A stretch of DNA of 62,859 nucleotides, filler included, from Stramenopiles sp. TOSAG23-2 (GCA_900128395.1; 32 parts of 32 records of this genome joined end to end with filler, not necessarily neighbours in it), one strand, 5' to 3'. Shown: positions 22,260 through 35,424, counted from the whole stretch's first letter. Notes: generated from the sequence alone by a model not told the origin. A program made the numbers and translations.

Positions 22260-23441
22260 ATGAAACGATCAGCATCAAATTCCAATTCTTCAACAGTTAT
22301 GAAAAAAAAGAAAATTGAAACAAATGCAGTAACATGTTCAGAAGTTACAGCAAATGGTGATTCCATTTTAACAGTCATGAATTATAATATTGATGGCTTA
22401 GGAAGAGATTTATTGGTTCGAACAAAAGCTTGTATTAATATTATTATTGAACAAAATGCGGATATTGTAACATTACAAGAAGTGGTACCTCCAACAAAAG
22501 ATTTATTAGAACATGTATTAACAATAGCTGGATATGAAAATAAAAGTGGTTCTTCTAGACCTGCAGTATCTTATTTTACTATGTGTTTTATTAAAAAAAA
22601 ATCAAACTTGAAATTTTTAAGTTGTTCAAGAAATCCATTTCGTAAATCACGTAGCAGGATGGGAAGAGATGTATTAACTGTATGTGTCGAAATTGGCGGC
22701 ACAAAAGTTCAAGTCGTAACTTCTCATCTAGAAAGTACGAAAAGTCAGTCATCCATCCGATGTCAACAATTAAAAGAAATTTTTGATGATTACTTATTTT
22801 CAAATGAACATCCAGTCATTTTTTGTGGTGATACAAATTTGTCTTACAATGTAGAAAAAAAAATGCCAGATGAAGCAGTCGCATTGTCTTGGGAAGGTTT
22901 AAATAGACTTGATGATGCATATAAAGCATCGACTGCTCCAACAAAATTTAGCACAACATGGTCGAGAAGATTTGGTCCACCTGGCAGTAGAAAATTGTAT
23001 TGTAGATTTGATCGATTTTACTCAAATAAAAAAAATATACAAGTAATTGGATTTAATGATGGAGGATTTAATGTTGTAGGTAAAAATGAAATACAAGGTG
23101 TAAATGGCGTCGTTAGCGGATATGATACTCCAAGTGATCATTTTGGTGTAGTTGTAAAATATGCAATTAAATCAAATACAAAAAAAATACCAAGTACGTC
23201 TTTAGATAATAATAATGGTAATAGTAATAATAATGATAATAATAATAATAGTAATGTCCTATTAAATATTGAAGAGTTAAGAGCGAAAAGACTTGCTGCA
23301 TTGACTGGTAATAAAAATGACAATAAAAATGAAGGTAGTGGAAACAACAACGTGGATCAACATACCACCTTGAAGAAAAATACAAACGTTCGTAATAATG
23401 ATGTCAAAAGTGATGATGTAATAGATTTAACCGATGATTGA
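22260..23441 (+). CDS. TDP2: Tyrosyl-DNA phosphodiesterase 2-like EEP nuclease
   Basis: NYNIDGL, LQEV, YFT, SRMGR, TSHLES, CGDTNL, RFDR, PSDHFG. Confidence 0.88.
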   Translation: MKRSASNSNSSTVMKKKKIETNAVTCSEVTANGDSILTVMNYNIDGLGRDLLVRTKACINIIIEQNADIVTLQEVVPPTKDLLEHVLTIAGYENKSGSSRPAVSYFTMCFIKKKSNLKFLSCSRNPFRKSRSRMGRDVLTVCVEIGGTKVQVVTSHLESTKSQSSIRCQQLKEIFDDYLFSNEHPVIFCGDTNLSYNVEKKMPDEAVALSWEGLNRLDDAYKASTAPTKFSTTWSRRFGPPGSRKLYCRFDRFYSNKKNIQVIGFNDGGFNVVGKNEIQGVNGVVSGYDTPSDHFGVVVKYAIKSNTKKIPSTSLDNNNGNSNNNDNNNNSNVLLNIEELRAKRLAALTGNKNDNKNEGSGNNNVDQHTTLKKNTNVRNNDVKSDDVIDLTDD

Positions 23442-23777
23442 GAGAGAGAGGAAGATGATGATGTATATAACATTTTTGTTTTTTTTACGAGTTCGTATTT
23501 TTTATTATTAATTTATAATATATAAACATTTTTGTTACCGAGGAATTATTTTTTTCTTATCATACTCCCTCTTCTGGTCTTGGTGTTATTTTGCTCAGCG
23601 TTGGTGCATATATTAAAACNNNNNNNNNNNNNNNNNNNNNNNNNNNNNNNNNNNNNNNNNNNNTTAATTAATTAANNNNNNNNNNNNNNNNNNNNNNNNN
23701 NNNNNNNNNNNNNNNNNNNAGTTATGTGGTGAATGAACAAGTTTTTCCACTAAAATAGCGTTTTTTTGTAAATCGGG

Positions 23778-25535
23778 ATGAATGAACATAATAATATTAA
23801 TAATGATAATATTCATGAGAATTATAATGATGATAATGATGATAATAATAATAATAACAATAATGGTGACATTCACATTTTGAATCAAGATAACAATAAT
23901 TATGAAAAACAAGAAGACAATGATGTAATAGAAAGCAACAAACTCGAACAATCACGTGTACCAACAACATCTGATAATACAAAGCAAACGCTACCAATAA
24001 ATAATAACAATAATAATAATAACATTCCTGAGCCTCCTCCAGAACAAATTGCAAAAAATGCTCATAGAGGTTGTAATTTATTACCAATATCACGATGTAA
24101 AATGGAAAATCCAGGTATTGTTATTTTATCCCATAATCGTGTGGAATATGTCAAGAAAACAATTCAATCGTTACTTGGTATGCCAGAAGTATTGAATTAT
24201 AAAGTATATGTATCAATAGATGATCCTAATTCATTTGATGTTATTGAAAATGCCATTCGTGAAATCATGGAATCCTATCAGAATTCACATCCAAACTTTC
24301 ATATTAAAACATGGAAAAAATCAGACGTTATGACTGGTCATAGATGGTATAATTCAGCATTGTCTAAAATTGCACAGCATTTTAAATTTGTTTTAAATAA
24401 AGGTTTCATGGAAATGATGCATTCACATTTAATTATGATCGAGGATGATTTATTGTTAGGGAAAGATTTTTTACAATTATTTGAGGAAACGGCATGGTTA
24501 ATAGAAGCTGAGCCGGATAAAACATATTGTGTTTCTGCATGGAATGACAATGGTTTAAAAGGAGTGGTAAGGCAAACGGATGAAGGTAAATCCAATTTGT
24601 TACGGACAGGATATTTTCCTGGTCTTGGTTGGATGACAACAAGGGATGTATGGGTAGATCTACGCGATCGATGGCCTGATAAGCCTACAACTGGATGGGA
24701 TCATTGGTTACGTTTATCAACATCAATGAATGGGAAAGAATGCATATATCCAGAAATCCCACGTACAAAACATGTATCAACACATGGAACAAATGTAAAT
24801 AGTCAATCTGCAATTGCTAAATTTGAAAAATATGCATTTGTCAACGATATTGTTGCCGAAACACAATCCGAGAAGGATGTTAATTTCGGGACTACGAAAT
24901 TTATAAATACCCAAGATTTATTGTATTCCAATTACCAAGCAAAAATGAAAGCACGTGTATTAAATGCACATCGTGTTAATCATGTATCTCAAATTGAATC
25001 AAATCGTTACCATTTACAAGCAAGCGGCACAGAAAGCTTAGCATTTTTAATTTTATATAAACGAGAAGATTATGAGTTTTTAGCTGAAAGAGTTGGTTTG
25101 CCAAGGACTCAAGCACGTGGGTGGCATAAAGGAATTGTACAAACATTTTTAAGAGAAACAAGTAAATATAAAGGTAAACAATTATTTTTAGCAGATAAAC
25201 GTACTGCAGAATATATACATGAACATGAAAAAATCAAACCAAATCCAAATATGAAAGTGATTGGTGCTAATCGTGGAGAAGATTGTTCCACTGCATGTCG
25301 TCGTAGAAATTTAAGATGTAAGGAGGATGATTTAGCATTTGTCAATGATTGCGGCAAGTTTAAAGATATTTTTAAATGTGAAAATGGTTGTGGCCATCAA
25401 GTTGGTGCAGAGATACCATGTTATGTAGCGGCAGTAACGGAGCCAACGTATCGACAATGTTTAATAAGTGATAGCGGTAGAAATAATTGTGGAGCAAAAC
25501 ATCACGCGACACAAAGACTGTGTGCGTGTTCGTGA
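23778..25535 (+). CDS. MGAT1: GT13 N-acetylglucosaminyltransferase I-like protein with a C-terminal Cys-rich domain; 5' end uncertain (no signal anchor seen)
   Basis: KIAQHFK, IEDDL, CVSAWNDNG, FPGLGWM, WDHWLR, ECIYPEIPRT. Confidence 0.85.
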   Translation: MNEHNNINNDNIHENYNDDNDDNNNNNNNGDIHILNQDNNNYEKQEDNDVIESNKLEQSRVPTTSDNTKQTLPINNNNNNNNIPEPPPEQIAKNAHRGCNLLPISRCKMENPGIVILSHNRVEYVKKTIQSLLGMPEVLNYKVYVSIDDPNSFDVIENAIREIMESYQNSHPNFHIKTWKKSDVMTGHRWYNSALSKIAQHFKFVLNKGFMEMMHSHLIMIEDDLLLGKDFLQLFEETAWLIEAEPDKTYCVSAWNDNGLKGVVRQTDEGKSNLLRTGYFPGLGWMTTRDVWVDLRDRWPDKPTTGWDHWLRLSTSMNGKECIYPEIPRTKHVSTHGTNVNSQSAIAKFEKYAFVNDIVAETQSEKDVNFGTTKFINTQDLLYSNYQAKMKARVLNAHRVNHVSQIESNRYHLQASGTESLAFLILYKREDYEFLAERVGLPRTQARGWHKGIVQTFLRETSKYKGKQLFLADKRTAEYIHEHEKIKPNPNMKVIGANRGEDCSTACRRRNLRCKEDDLAFVNDCGKFKDIFKCENGCGHQVGAEIPCYVAAVTEPTYRQCLISDSGRNNCGAKHHATQRLCACS

Positions 25536-25897
25536 GAGATATTTAATTTAAAAAAAAATATTAAATATTCGTATAATAAAAAATTCTCTNNNNNNNNNNN
25601 NNNNNNNNNNNNNNNNNNNNNNNNNNNNNNNNNTTAATTAATTAANNNNNNNNNNNNNNNNNNNNNNNNNNNNNNNNNNNNNNNNNNNNTAATATGCTTT
25701 GCCATTTGTTTCTTTTCTTTGTGTTTTTTTTTTGTTCGATGAATTCATAACATGTGTTAGTGTGGGTTGAAGTTATAATAATACATCTATATTCGAATAT
25801 TAAATTTTACATTTTGGAAAGAATATGTACTACATATAGACAAAGTGGTGTTGATTTCTTATTACGTACGATCATTATATCAACCGCAACATATATA

Positions 25898-26827
25898 ATG
25901 ACATCAATAGCAATAAATAATAATAATGTGAATGAGAATAATAATAATAATAATGTGAATGAGAGTAATATTAATAATAATATTAATAATGAAAACAATC
26001 TTTATGCATATCTATTTGGCTTGAAAAATCAATCTTCCTATAACTACCATGTTGTTCAAATTCTTTCTACCAAACTGTTTTATGACAATTTATCAAAATT
26101 AAATGAACGAATTCCAGTAAAATTACTTTCTTTGAAAAAGCGTCTATCAGCTAAGGTGAAAAATTTGAAATTATTTAAATACGTATCAATAAATGAGTTA
26201 GTGAATGGAACCATAATACAAGAACCAATACCAATGTTACAAACAAATTTACCAGATACAATAAAATTAGTTGATATTATTGACCTGGTGGAAAATGAAT
26301 TCGAATTGCCACAAGGTTTGGGTAAATATATCGCTTCATTTTTAACAATTAGTGAAATGGTTTATAATAATGTCAAAGCAATCGGTTGTTCATCTACTTC
26401 TAAACAGTTTGAAATTAGTGAAGTATTAAATACAAAAGAGAATACGTGGTGGATATCCAATGGACGCTGTCCCCAATGGGTTGAATTTGAAATTGATAAT
26501 CCAACTCTTTTACGCCAAATTTGCATTAAGATACCAGCTCTTCCCTACGGTCCATTATCAGTGCGTCAGTTCAAAATTTCAATTTTGAAAAACAGGAAGA
26601 AGGGAAAGGAGAAAAAAGAACAAGATGATGAACAAGATGATGACAACGATACCAATATGTTTATTCAAGATGATCGAATATTGGAAACACTTGATACTGA
26701 GAAAATGCAAATTTTTGCATTAGATCCACCAATTTTATTACATCACAATAAATTTCGTATTGAATGTTTAACCACTGCGAAACCAAATCAATTTTCAGTA
26801 GGTTATTTTTCAATACAATTTGCATAG
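25898..26827 (+). CDS. Putative F-box protein with a C-terminal galactose-binding-like (discoidin/F5-8-like) domain
   Basis: ELPQGLGKYIASFLT F-box-like motif; CSST...NTWWIS...PQWVEF...VRQFKI. Confidence 0.55.
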   Translation: MTSIAINNNNVNENNNNNNVNESNINNNINNENNLYAYLFGLKNQSSYNYHVVQILSTKLFYDNLSKLNERIPVKLLSLKKRLSAKVKNLKLFKYVSINELVNGTIIQEPIPMLQTNLPDTIKLVDIIDLVENEFELPQGLGKYIASFLTISEMVYNNVKAIGCSSTSKQFEISEVLNTKENTWWISNGRCPQWVEFEIDNPTLLRQICIKIPALPYGPLSVRQFKISILKNRKKGKEKKEQDDEQDDDNDTNMFIQDDRILETLDTEKMQIFALDPPILLHHNKFRIECLTTAKPNQFSVGYFSIQFA

Positions 26828-27007
26828 TATAGCTGAGCTAGCAAAACAATATTTTTCCAGTGTATTTACCAATGCACTTTTGTGTGTAAAATATCAAAAA
26901 AATAATTAAAAAAAATAATTTTTTTATAGAATATCTTCTTTTTCAATAATTTTAAAAATATGATACGCGTTTTTTATATATCATATATATTTGAAATATG
27001 TAGTTTT

Positions 27008-27225
27008 TTATTTCTGATGTAAAAGCCAATCATATAGAAAGTCAGATTCATTTTTCCCCATTGCCGTTCCCATATTTTCAATCGAAGTAAAATTAAAATT
27101 ACTCCCACTTCCCCATTTACTTTTGATCTTGTTCAAACATTCATTAACATCACTATAAGTACTATCTCTATCATCCATCGGTACATACAACAAAATAACA
27201 AAAGCTAAAGCTATTCACATCATTT
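27008..27225 (-). pseudogene. Frameshifted fragment, possibly vWA-like
   Basis: FCYFVVCTDG in one frame continues as DDRDS...ECLNKIK in another; no clear start. Confidence 0.3.
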
Positions 27226-27657
27226 TTTTTTTGAAAATGTTGTTGCTCATCATCACAACAATCAATGATGCACCATTGCATTTCTCTGGACACCTATTAA
27301 AATAGAGGCTTTTCCTAGGAAAGTCTAATGTACCAGGTACGTTTTCCTACCATTGCATCACCATTGGCACAATCAGTTGTTGTTGTTGTTTTATAATATT
27401 ATATAATAATTTGAAATAATAAATAATAATAATAATTTCAATAATAAATTTCATATTACTCTGTATATTTATTTTATTTGATGATGAGTGCATGATGACG
27501 ATTCAAAAAAATTACAAAGGTAAATAGACAGTGTTGTAGACCCACAAAGAAAAAAACNNNNNNNNNNNNNNNNNNNNNNNNNNNNNNNNNNNNNNNNNNN
27601 NTTAATTAATTAANNNNNNNNNNNNNNNNNNNNNNNNNNNNNNNNNNNNNNNNNNNN

Positions 27658-28744
27658 GACGTCTTCATCATATGCATTGCCTTCCCCCTGTTGGTTCGTC
27701 ATCCCAAAACCATTTAAGTGAGCTTGGTTATGTTCTTCTTGCTTTGTGACAATATGATTTATAGCTTGCTCCCATGCTGTTGCTTCATCTATGGTATTGC
27801 ACAATAAATTAAATTGTCTCTTGGTTTCCGGTGCGCTGTCAGTCGTAGTATTAACAATTAAATCTATTTTGTTTCTCATTTTAACATTCTTCTTTTTCTT
27901 TCCACCAGCCGGGCGCATAACGGTTGTTTGCGCAGTAATTATCATCGCACCACTTGCTTTGNNNNNNNNNNNNNNNNNNNNNNNNNNNNNNNNNNNNNNN
28001 NNNNNNNNNNNNNNNNNNNNNNNNNNNNNNNNNNNNNNNNNNNNNNNNNNNNNNNNNNNNNNNNNNNNNNNNNNNTTTGTTAATATCCTTACACTTGGCT
28101 TTGGAATCAAAATAATATATTTTTGGTACTTCTCCCATTAACTCAATTTTAAAATATCGTTGTTTCCACTTTGTATTTGATACAATAGATTTTATTCCTC
28201 CCTTTTTTTCACCTTTCTTCCATATGATACCACCATCGTAATTCGCACCAAGTGTTGTCCTTAATAAGTTTACGTCATATTGGGGATGATCTGGTATATA
28301 ATTGTCATAATTATAATCACTATAACCATAGTCATCATCTTTGAAACCAGTTTTAATTTTATGCGCAGCAGAATCTACTGTTTGTGACATTTTTGATAGT
28401 TCTTTTTGTAACTGTTCAGACCACTCGTGAAAACGTGGATCTTCTATTAGTTCACCGGTATATTTATCGAATACTGGTTCGTCCTGCTTTTGGTAATTGC
28501 CACCACTTGTTGGCGATTGGTATGCATGCGGAAATGAAGTTGCAGAAAAGCGTCGTTTATGTGCTGGCAATTTACTCATACTTTCTAAGTGGTCCACTGG
28601 GTGCATTTGTAACGCATCATCTTGTCCACCTTCGTTCATATGATCATTATCTGCACCATAATAATCAGTCATATTACTTTGTTGTTGGTTTAATCCCGGG
28701 GACGTATGTGCTCTTCCTAAATTAGGATGATTTGGATTATTCAT
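27658..28744 (-). CDS. PH-domain protein, 3'-partial, internal N gap
   Basis: GIIWKKG...KWKQRYF..IYYF before the gap; FNLLCNTIDEATAWEQAI after it. Confidence 0.8.
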
Positions 28745-30014
28745 ATTTGTCGAATATATAATAATAATAATAATAATATGATGTGATATAGTCAATAATG
28801 TTTGGTAATATTCGTTCTATTATGTATATACATATGTGTACCTACAGTATATATTTATATAATTATATATTTATTATTATTTTCTTTTTAGTAGTTATTC
28901 ATTTTCTATTTTCCAATTGTTATACGTGTTATTTTTTGCAAAAAGTTTTGTTTTCGTATAAGTTTAATGCTATGAGTACAGTATTTACACGTCGATGAGA
29001 ACAATTTCTATAACAGCTAAATATTGAACTGCAATATTTGTTCCCTATCAAAATGTAAATAAATACCACGTTTTAGTTTTAAGTACGACAAAGAAAGATC
29101 CGTAAAATGTAATGTCTTATTCCCACACATCTCGTGCTCGTCGGTATTATAATACAATCTACAGGCACACCAGCACACCAGCACTAAAACAATACAAGTT
29201 TTGTAAGCGGTTTGAATTATTCATCCACCAGTATAGTGGCTATATTGCCTGGATTGGCAACAACAACATATATTTATGAATATTATAGCCGCCTAGCACA
29301 CACATAATAATATTCAATACAAAACATAATGGTTGCAATAATAGAAGAAGTTGTATGTATATATATATATACACACACAGGGAGAGACATACAGATAGAA
29401 AATCGGTTACCTGTCCCATAGTTAAGAAACAATATTTAGGACACAAATAAGAATCATAGCACAAATAAATAATATTAACACTTGGAAAACATTATACATA
29501 TATAAATCAATATCCACCATGTTAANNNNNNNNNNNNNNNNNNNNNNNNNNNNNNNNNNNNNNNNNNNNTTAATTAATTAANNNNNNNNNNNNNNNNNNN
29601 NNNNNNNNNNNNNNNNNNNNNNNNNCCCATCAAGATGAACAACATATTTTAAAATAACGTTTTCTTATTTTTGTTTTTTTTTTGGTTGTGGTGGTGTTAA
29701 TTACCTGCTACAGTATAATATGATTTTATCATCGAGGTATGCACGGTAATATCGATTTAAATTCCCTTAATAAAAATAAACCGAAGAGTAGGAATTATCA
29801 TGAGTAAATTAGAAATTAAATTATTATTATGCATAAATTAAATATATACATGGCATATGAATCGTACCGGGAGTAATCTATATACGCTGCTATACCAGGT
29901 ATGCTGACAGATATTATTCAAATAAAAAAATACAATATTCTTGATACAATTGTATCTCGTATAAAATATTTCAGTCAGGATTATCTGTGGGTATTTTTTA
30001 TTGTTGAGATAGCT

Positions 30015-30617
30015 TTATAAATTCAAAAGTATTTTTGAAATATGTATACTGAGATTCATATTTGGGTGCATATTATCCCTGAAAAGTGAAGAATGATCAG
30101 TGGAAACATTCACACCAGATACTGAAGTTTTTGTTCCATTCCATATGAAACTATTCAAGTCAATCAAACTAATATTTAATTCATCGGCTACTTCTTTTAT
30201 AGCTGCATTTACAACATTGATTCTGCGATAACATGGTTCATTTTTTAATATAGTAGCAAGGTAAATGTTTGCACTTACAGGTTTACAATGTTGAACATCA
30301 CGAATTCGTGCTATTAAATTTCTTTTGTATTTATAAATGGTAACGTTCGGCATATCGAAAGTTGTCATATTTAACATGTTTTTAAAGCTGGGCTTAAACA
30401 AATCTTCAGGTCCGTAACACAATTCATTTTTCGCAGCATCATTATACAAAATAAATTGTTCGTCCCACCATGCTGTAGCCATGTATATAATGGAAGATGG
30501 TGGCCCCATGCGATTTTGGTATAATTGTAAACCTTTGCATATACGTTGTGGTGATGTTGCTATTATCATAATTGAACACCTCAAGTATGTCACTACCATG
30601 AGCAGGGAAATCAGCAA
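30015..30617 (-). pseudogene. SGNH/PC-esterase-like C-terminal fragment; the upstream frame is broken
   Basis: RRINVVNAAIKEVA..LIDL..LFRDNMHP (DxxH); no in-frame GDS motif found upstream. Confidence 0.45.
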
Positions 30618-31673
30618 CGATTGCTGCTTCTGTTACAAAATAATAAAGAAAGAATGGCAGCACCAAACAGAAGTTGACCAGTTTTGTAACGCTAATTTTA
30701 CGCAACGTAAGAAAAAGGCTGGATTTACCTTTGACGTAACAATTAGTCATTATTTCCTTTACGAACTTTATGACTTGATAAGATGGTAGAACTCTACCAT
30801 GAATTACCAATTGGTACGACACGACAGCGCTCTAGTTTTTTTATTTCTTTGGCATGCAGGAATAATCTTGCCATGCTTTTAGCTTGCACAACCGACTTTC
30901 TAACTTTCTAATGCGACAGTATTATATTTATGGTTCTCTTCGTGCCAGAGTTCTCGAAAAGTAGCCTATGCTTCTTTGGTATGCCGGTATGATGATGTCT
31001 CCACTCCACCTGCACTCCAGCACTCCAGCCCGGCCAGCCAGGCGCACTCCACTATTCACGTTCCACACACTTATGTGTCAGCCTATTTTTTAGCTGCTGT
31101 GTTGTACTATTTTTCCACTATAGAAATAGCATAAGCACTGTTTTTTGGAAAAGACACCCTCCACGTGCCCACCCCCAACCCCTATACTATATAAAACAGC
31201 TAGGAAAGTTGATAGTAAATTGGTACTTAATAGACTATGCATTTTCCGCTAACTTAAGCATGGATTTAGTATTAAAAGTTGAATATACCTGCAGAAAAAC
31301 CGGTGTGGGCGGATTTCATGATTAGTGGTAAACGTATGGTAAATTCAATATGTCAGTAAATTTTCGTAGCTCACAATACAGTTGAGTGTGAGTATATAGG
31401 ATCAATATCCGAAATACACTACAAAAAACCACTCAAGTGCATCTATTCATCAGTTGTGTATGCCTGGTATGCCTATTTACTGTGCTTTGGATNNNNNNNN
31501 NNNNNNNNNNNNNNNNNNNNNNNNNNNNNNNNNNNNTTAATTAATTAANNNNNNNNNNNNNNNNNNNNNNNNNNNNNNNNNNNNNNNNNNNNCTGTTGAT
31601 ATAATAAATATAATGTACTTTATTATTAGTTTTTTTTTGTATTAGTGTAGAAGTCAGAACTTTGAATTACATA

Positions 31674-32044
31674 CAATCCGATGGAGAGCCGTTTGCTAAC
31701 GTTAAAGCAACACCTTTTTCATTTGCAAGTGGACTCCACTTTGCTGTAGTCACACTGTCGTCGTATTGACCTAACACATAACAAGCACCACCAAATGGAC
31801 TTGGTTTTGTTTGTACTGCCATGCCACTTGTCACACCATCTGGATCATTTGGACATTCCGTCGAACTCGTTCCGCATATATTCAATGGATAAGTATACCC
31901 GCTTTGGTTTACTGAAATATCTTTTCCTGCTATTTTTGTAAAATCATACTTTGTACCATCAGGGCTAACATATTGACATGGCGCTGTTTGCGCATAGATA
32001 TGATTTATAGCCAATAAAATTATGATTATTTGCAATTTATACAT
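31674..32044 (-). CDS. Secreted or membrane mannose-6-phosphate-receptor-homology (MRH/ATG27-like) protein, exon 1
   Basis: Signal peptide; C..YDF..YTYPLNICG..C..C..LG..GVALTLANG..C; GTATGT donor at the end of the ORF. Confidence 0.75.
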
Positions 32045-33558
32045 ATTTTATCTCTTTTTATTATATATATACGTTATATATATATATTATCGTAAAATTT
32101 TGTAGTATATTAATTTACTTTTAATCGAGATCTTCCTCTTTTTATAAGATTTATATGATGTATCAATATGTGATGGTACAAAAAACAAAAAAACTTTGCA
32201 TGTAATATCTCTCTCCTCGTTTCTATTATATCTATCTATAGCGGAATATCTATACTTGTATATCTTTTTGTATCTTTTTTTCTGTTTTTCCAGTTAATAG
32301 TTAAAGTGCAAGTGAAAAAGTTCAACTTGGAATAATTTATATACCGCTACCACTGTGCCACCATTATATTTAATAAGGGATTTCATAATATTACCCAGAG
32401 TTGCCTTTACCTTAATTTTATATATTTTATTTATATTTTAATAATGATATATTAAAAATTAAAAATGATAAAGGATGTATAAACACATATACAATACGAT
32501 ATGTACATATTGATATATACTGTATATATATATGCATACATGTATAAATGAAATAAACGATGAATGTACCAACATTACCAAAACCGGAATTGCATTTGTT
32601 AACCATTGAGGAAGTGACGGAGGTAACGAAAGAATGTATTAAAGAAACGGTTGGGGAATATGAGGAATATAGTCCAGAAATATATACAGAGAAAACAAAA
32701 GAATTAACCATTTTCTCTATTCCAAAATATTCACATACTTTTTCTTTCCAAAGAGATCCACATTCTTTCATTAACCATGTTGATGGCAATGTTACATGCC
32801 GATGATCTTTTGCATTTCCATGTTTTTTATTTATTAAATATTCAAATGCTGAATCTACTACAGCTAATCTGTTATCTAATAAATCTACTACAATTTTTTC
32901 ATATACCGATTCCATCTTTATTTTTTACCGATTATGTATATGTTACTACCAAATTAATATGAAAATAAACGATTATTACGCGTTCAATAGTGTGAAAATA
33001 AAATAAACGAGTACACGAGTAATATATTTAATGGCTATGGTTGTATCCATATATCTATTGCATATTGAGTTCATTCATAATACAATAATATATTATATCT
33101 TTTATAAATGTAGTACACCCTCATGAAACGTTAATAATATTAACCGATTTCTTGCGCGAAAAATGCGAAGAAATGTTGGAAGCCGGAAGCCTCTTTTGGA
33201 TAGCATAGGAATAGCATTAGATCTTGTACCGAATTTTGTTGTTGCGAACCAATAATTATTCTTCGTTTATGTGGTGCCTTATGTGTATACACTGAACTAA
33301 AATCCTCTTTTATTTTTTATCAATTTCTATCAGCTGATTTATGTAAACACTTCCGACTAAATAATTGTATCGCTCCCCTTCAATAGTGTTTTCAATTCGT
33401 TCTCTTTTATCATCCTGGCTCTTTTGTTTCTTGTAAATTTGCCATAATAATTTTAAATNNNNNNNNNNNNNNNNNNNNNNNNNNNNNNNNNNNNNNNNNN
33501 NNTTAATTAATTAANNNNNNNNNNNNNNNNNNNNNNNNNNNNNNNNNNNNNNNNNNNN

Positions 33559-35424
33559 TCTGTTATTTTTTCTGTGTCTTCTGGATTACCAGTAGGGCCT
33601 GAAGGGCCAATGGTGCATTTAGGTGCTGCATTAGGAAAAGGAATTTCGCAAGGACGTTTGACAAAAAAATTTGATCAATATCAAACGGCGCAGCAACGAA
33701 GGAATTTCTTATCTGCTGGTGCTGCTGCTGGCATAGCTGCAGCTTTTGGGGCCCCCGTTGGAGGCACATTATTTGCAATGGAAGAAGTTGCTTCATATTG
33801 GGATACACAATTAACATGGCAAATATTCTTTTGCGCGATGGCTGCTACGTTCACTGCAAATACGTTTAGCACTGCATTCAAAGGTTTTCAAGCAAGTCCA
33901 TTGCCGTTTGGTGTTTATACCAAAACGGAAACTATATTGTTTGAAGTGGAGCATCAATTGCCTGTCAACTTGTTCATGCTTATTCCTGTACTTTTTATCG
34001 GTTTGCTTAGCGGTATCTTAGCTTCTATTTTTACAGTTATAAATTTAAGAGTTACACGTTGGAGAAAGAAAATGATTTTTCCAAATAAATATTTAAGATT
34101 AGTGGAAGTTTGTTTAATTGCAATAGTCATGGCTACTCTTTCAATCTACCTACCAGCTGCATTCCCTTGCGTAACTACATGTGCGAAAGGTAATATAGGC
34201 GATAAAAAAACAGATATAATATCACCGGATGATTCATGTTTACTGCGAAGACGTAATCCACGATATGTAAGTCCACGACTACCGGTATTCATGTGTGAAG
34301 AAATTGATCATGTGACAACAAAACATCATACTTCATCAATAGCAAGCAATGCTTCGCATAATGAAACAAAGATTATACCTGAAAATACGGAAAATGTACC
34401 GGAGAAACATAAAGATACACAACAATACAATGAAATGGCTGCTTTGATAATGTTGCCGGGTGACGAAGCTATAGAGCATTTATTTTCACGTGCTACACCA
34501 AATGAATTTCATCCTGGGGTTTTATTGGTCTTTCTGCTTATATATTTCCCGTTAGCTGCATATACTGCCGGTTCAAGCGTATCTAGTGGTCTTGTTGTTC
34601 CAATATTATTAATTGGTAGTTCCGTTGGTAGATTAATTGGCCAATTGACATTTACTTTTGTTGCTAATAATACACAGGTTCCAAATGATTGGGTTGATCC
34701 TGGTGCATTTGCGCTAATAGGTGCGGCATCATTTTTCGGAGGTGTATCTCGCTTGACCGTATCATTGGCTGTCATTATGATGGAAATTACAAATGATGGT
34801 AGCTATTTGATGCCAATCATGTTTGGTTCAATTATTGCAAAATGGACGGCGGATTATTTTACGCATAGTTTATACCATGGTTTGATTGAAATAAAAGCAT
34901 ATCCATTTTTAGACAAAAGCAGCTCGCAGAATTTAAATTCTAAATTAGAACTATATCGAGTTGAAGAGATTATGGTTTCCCCGGTATCATATTTGAATGA
35001 CGTCTCGTCGGTGGAGGATATTGTAAACATCTTAATGTCGACACCGCATGGTGGGTATCCTATCGTTGAGGTGGATCCCCGTGCTGGTAATGGGCGTGGC
35101 GGGCCACCTTTTTTTCGTGGCACTATATTACGATTGCATTTAATCGCAATTTTGGAACATATACAAGAACATGGATTTACTGCATTAGGGAAATCCAAGA
35201 AATCAAAGCGTGGTACTTTAATAGACATTCGGAAGAAAAATCATGGTCAATATGTTGATTATAGATTTTTAGAAAAATTACATATTAAAAACCCGCTTCA
35301 TAAAAATGGTAGTATTTTGACTAATTTTTTACTTGCAATGAAAAATAGCAATTGTGCTGAAAATTTAATTGATTTACGTCCATATTGCAATTACAGCGCG
35401 CCATCTGTAAGTCAAGACTCGATT
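33559..35424 (+). CDS. CLCN6/7: CLC chloride/proton exchanger (CLC-6/7-like) with CBS domains, partial at both ends
   Basis: GPEGPMVH, GAAAGIAAAFGAPVGGTLFAMEE, SGLVVP, GVSRLTVSL, HSLY, CBS (HGGYPIV). Confidence 0.92.
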
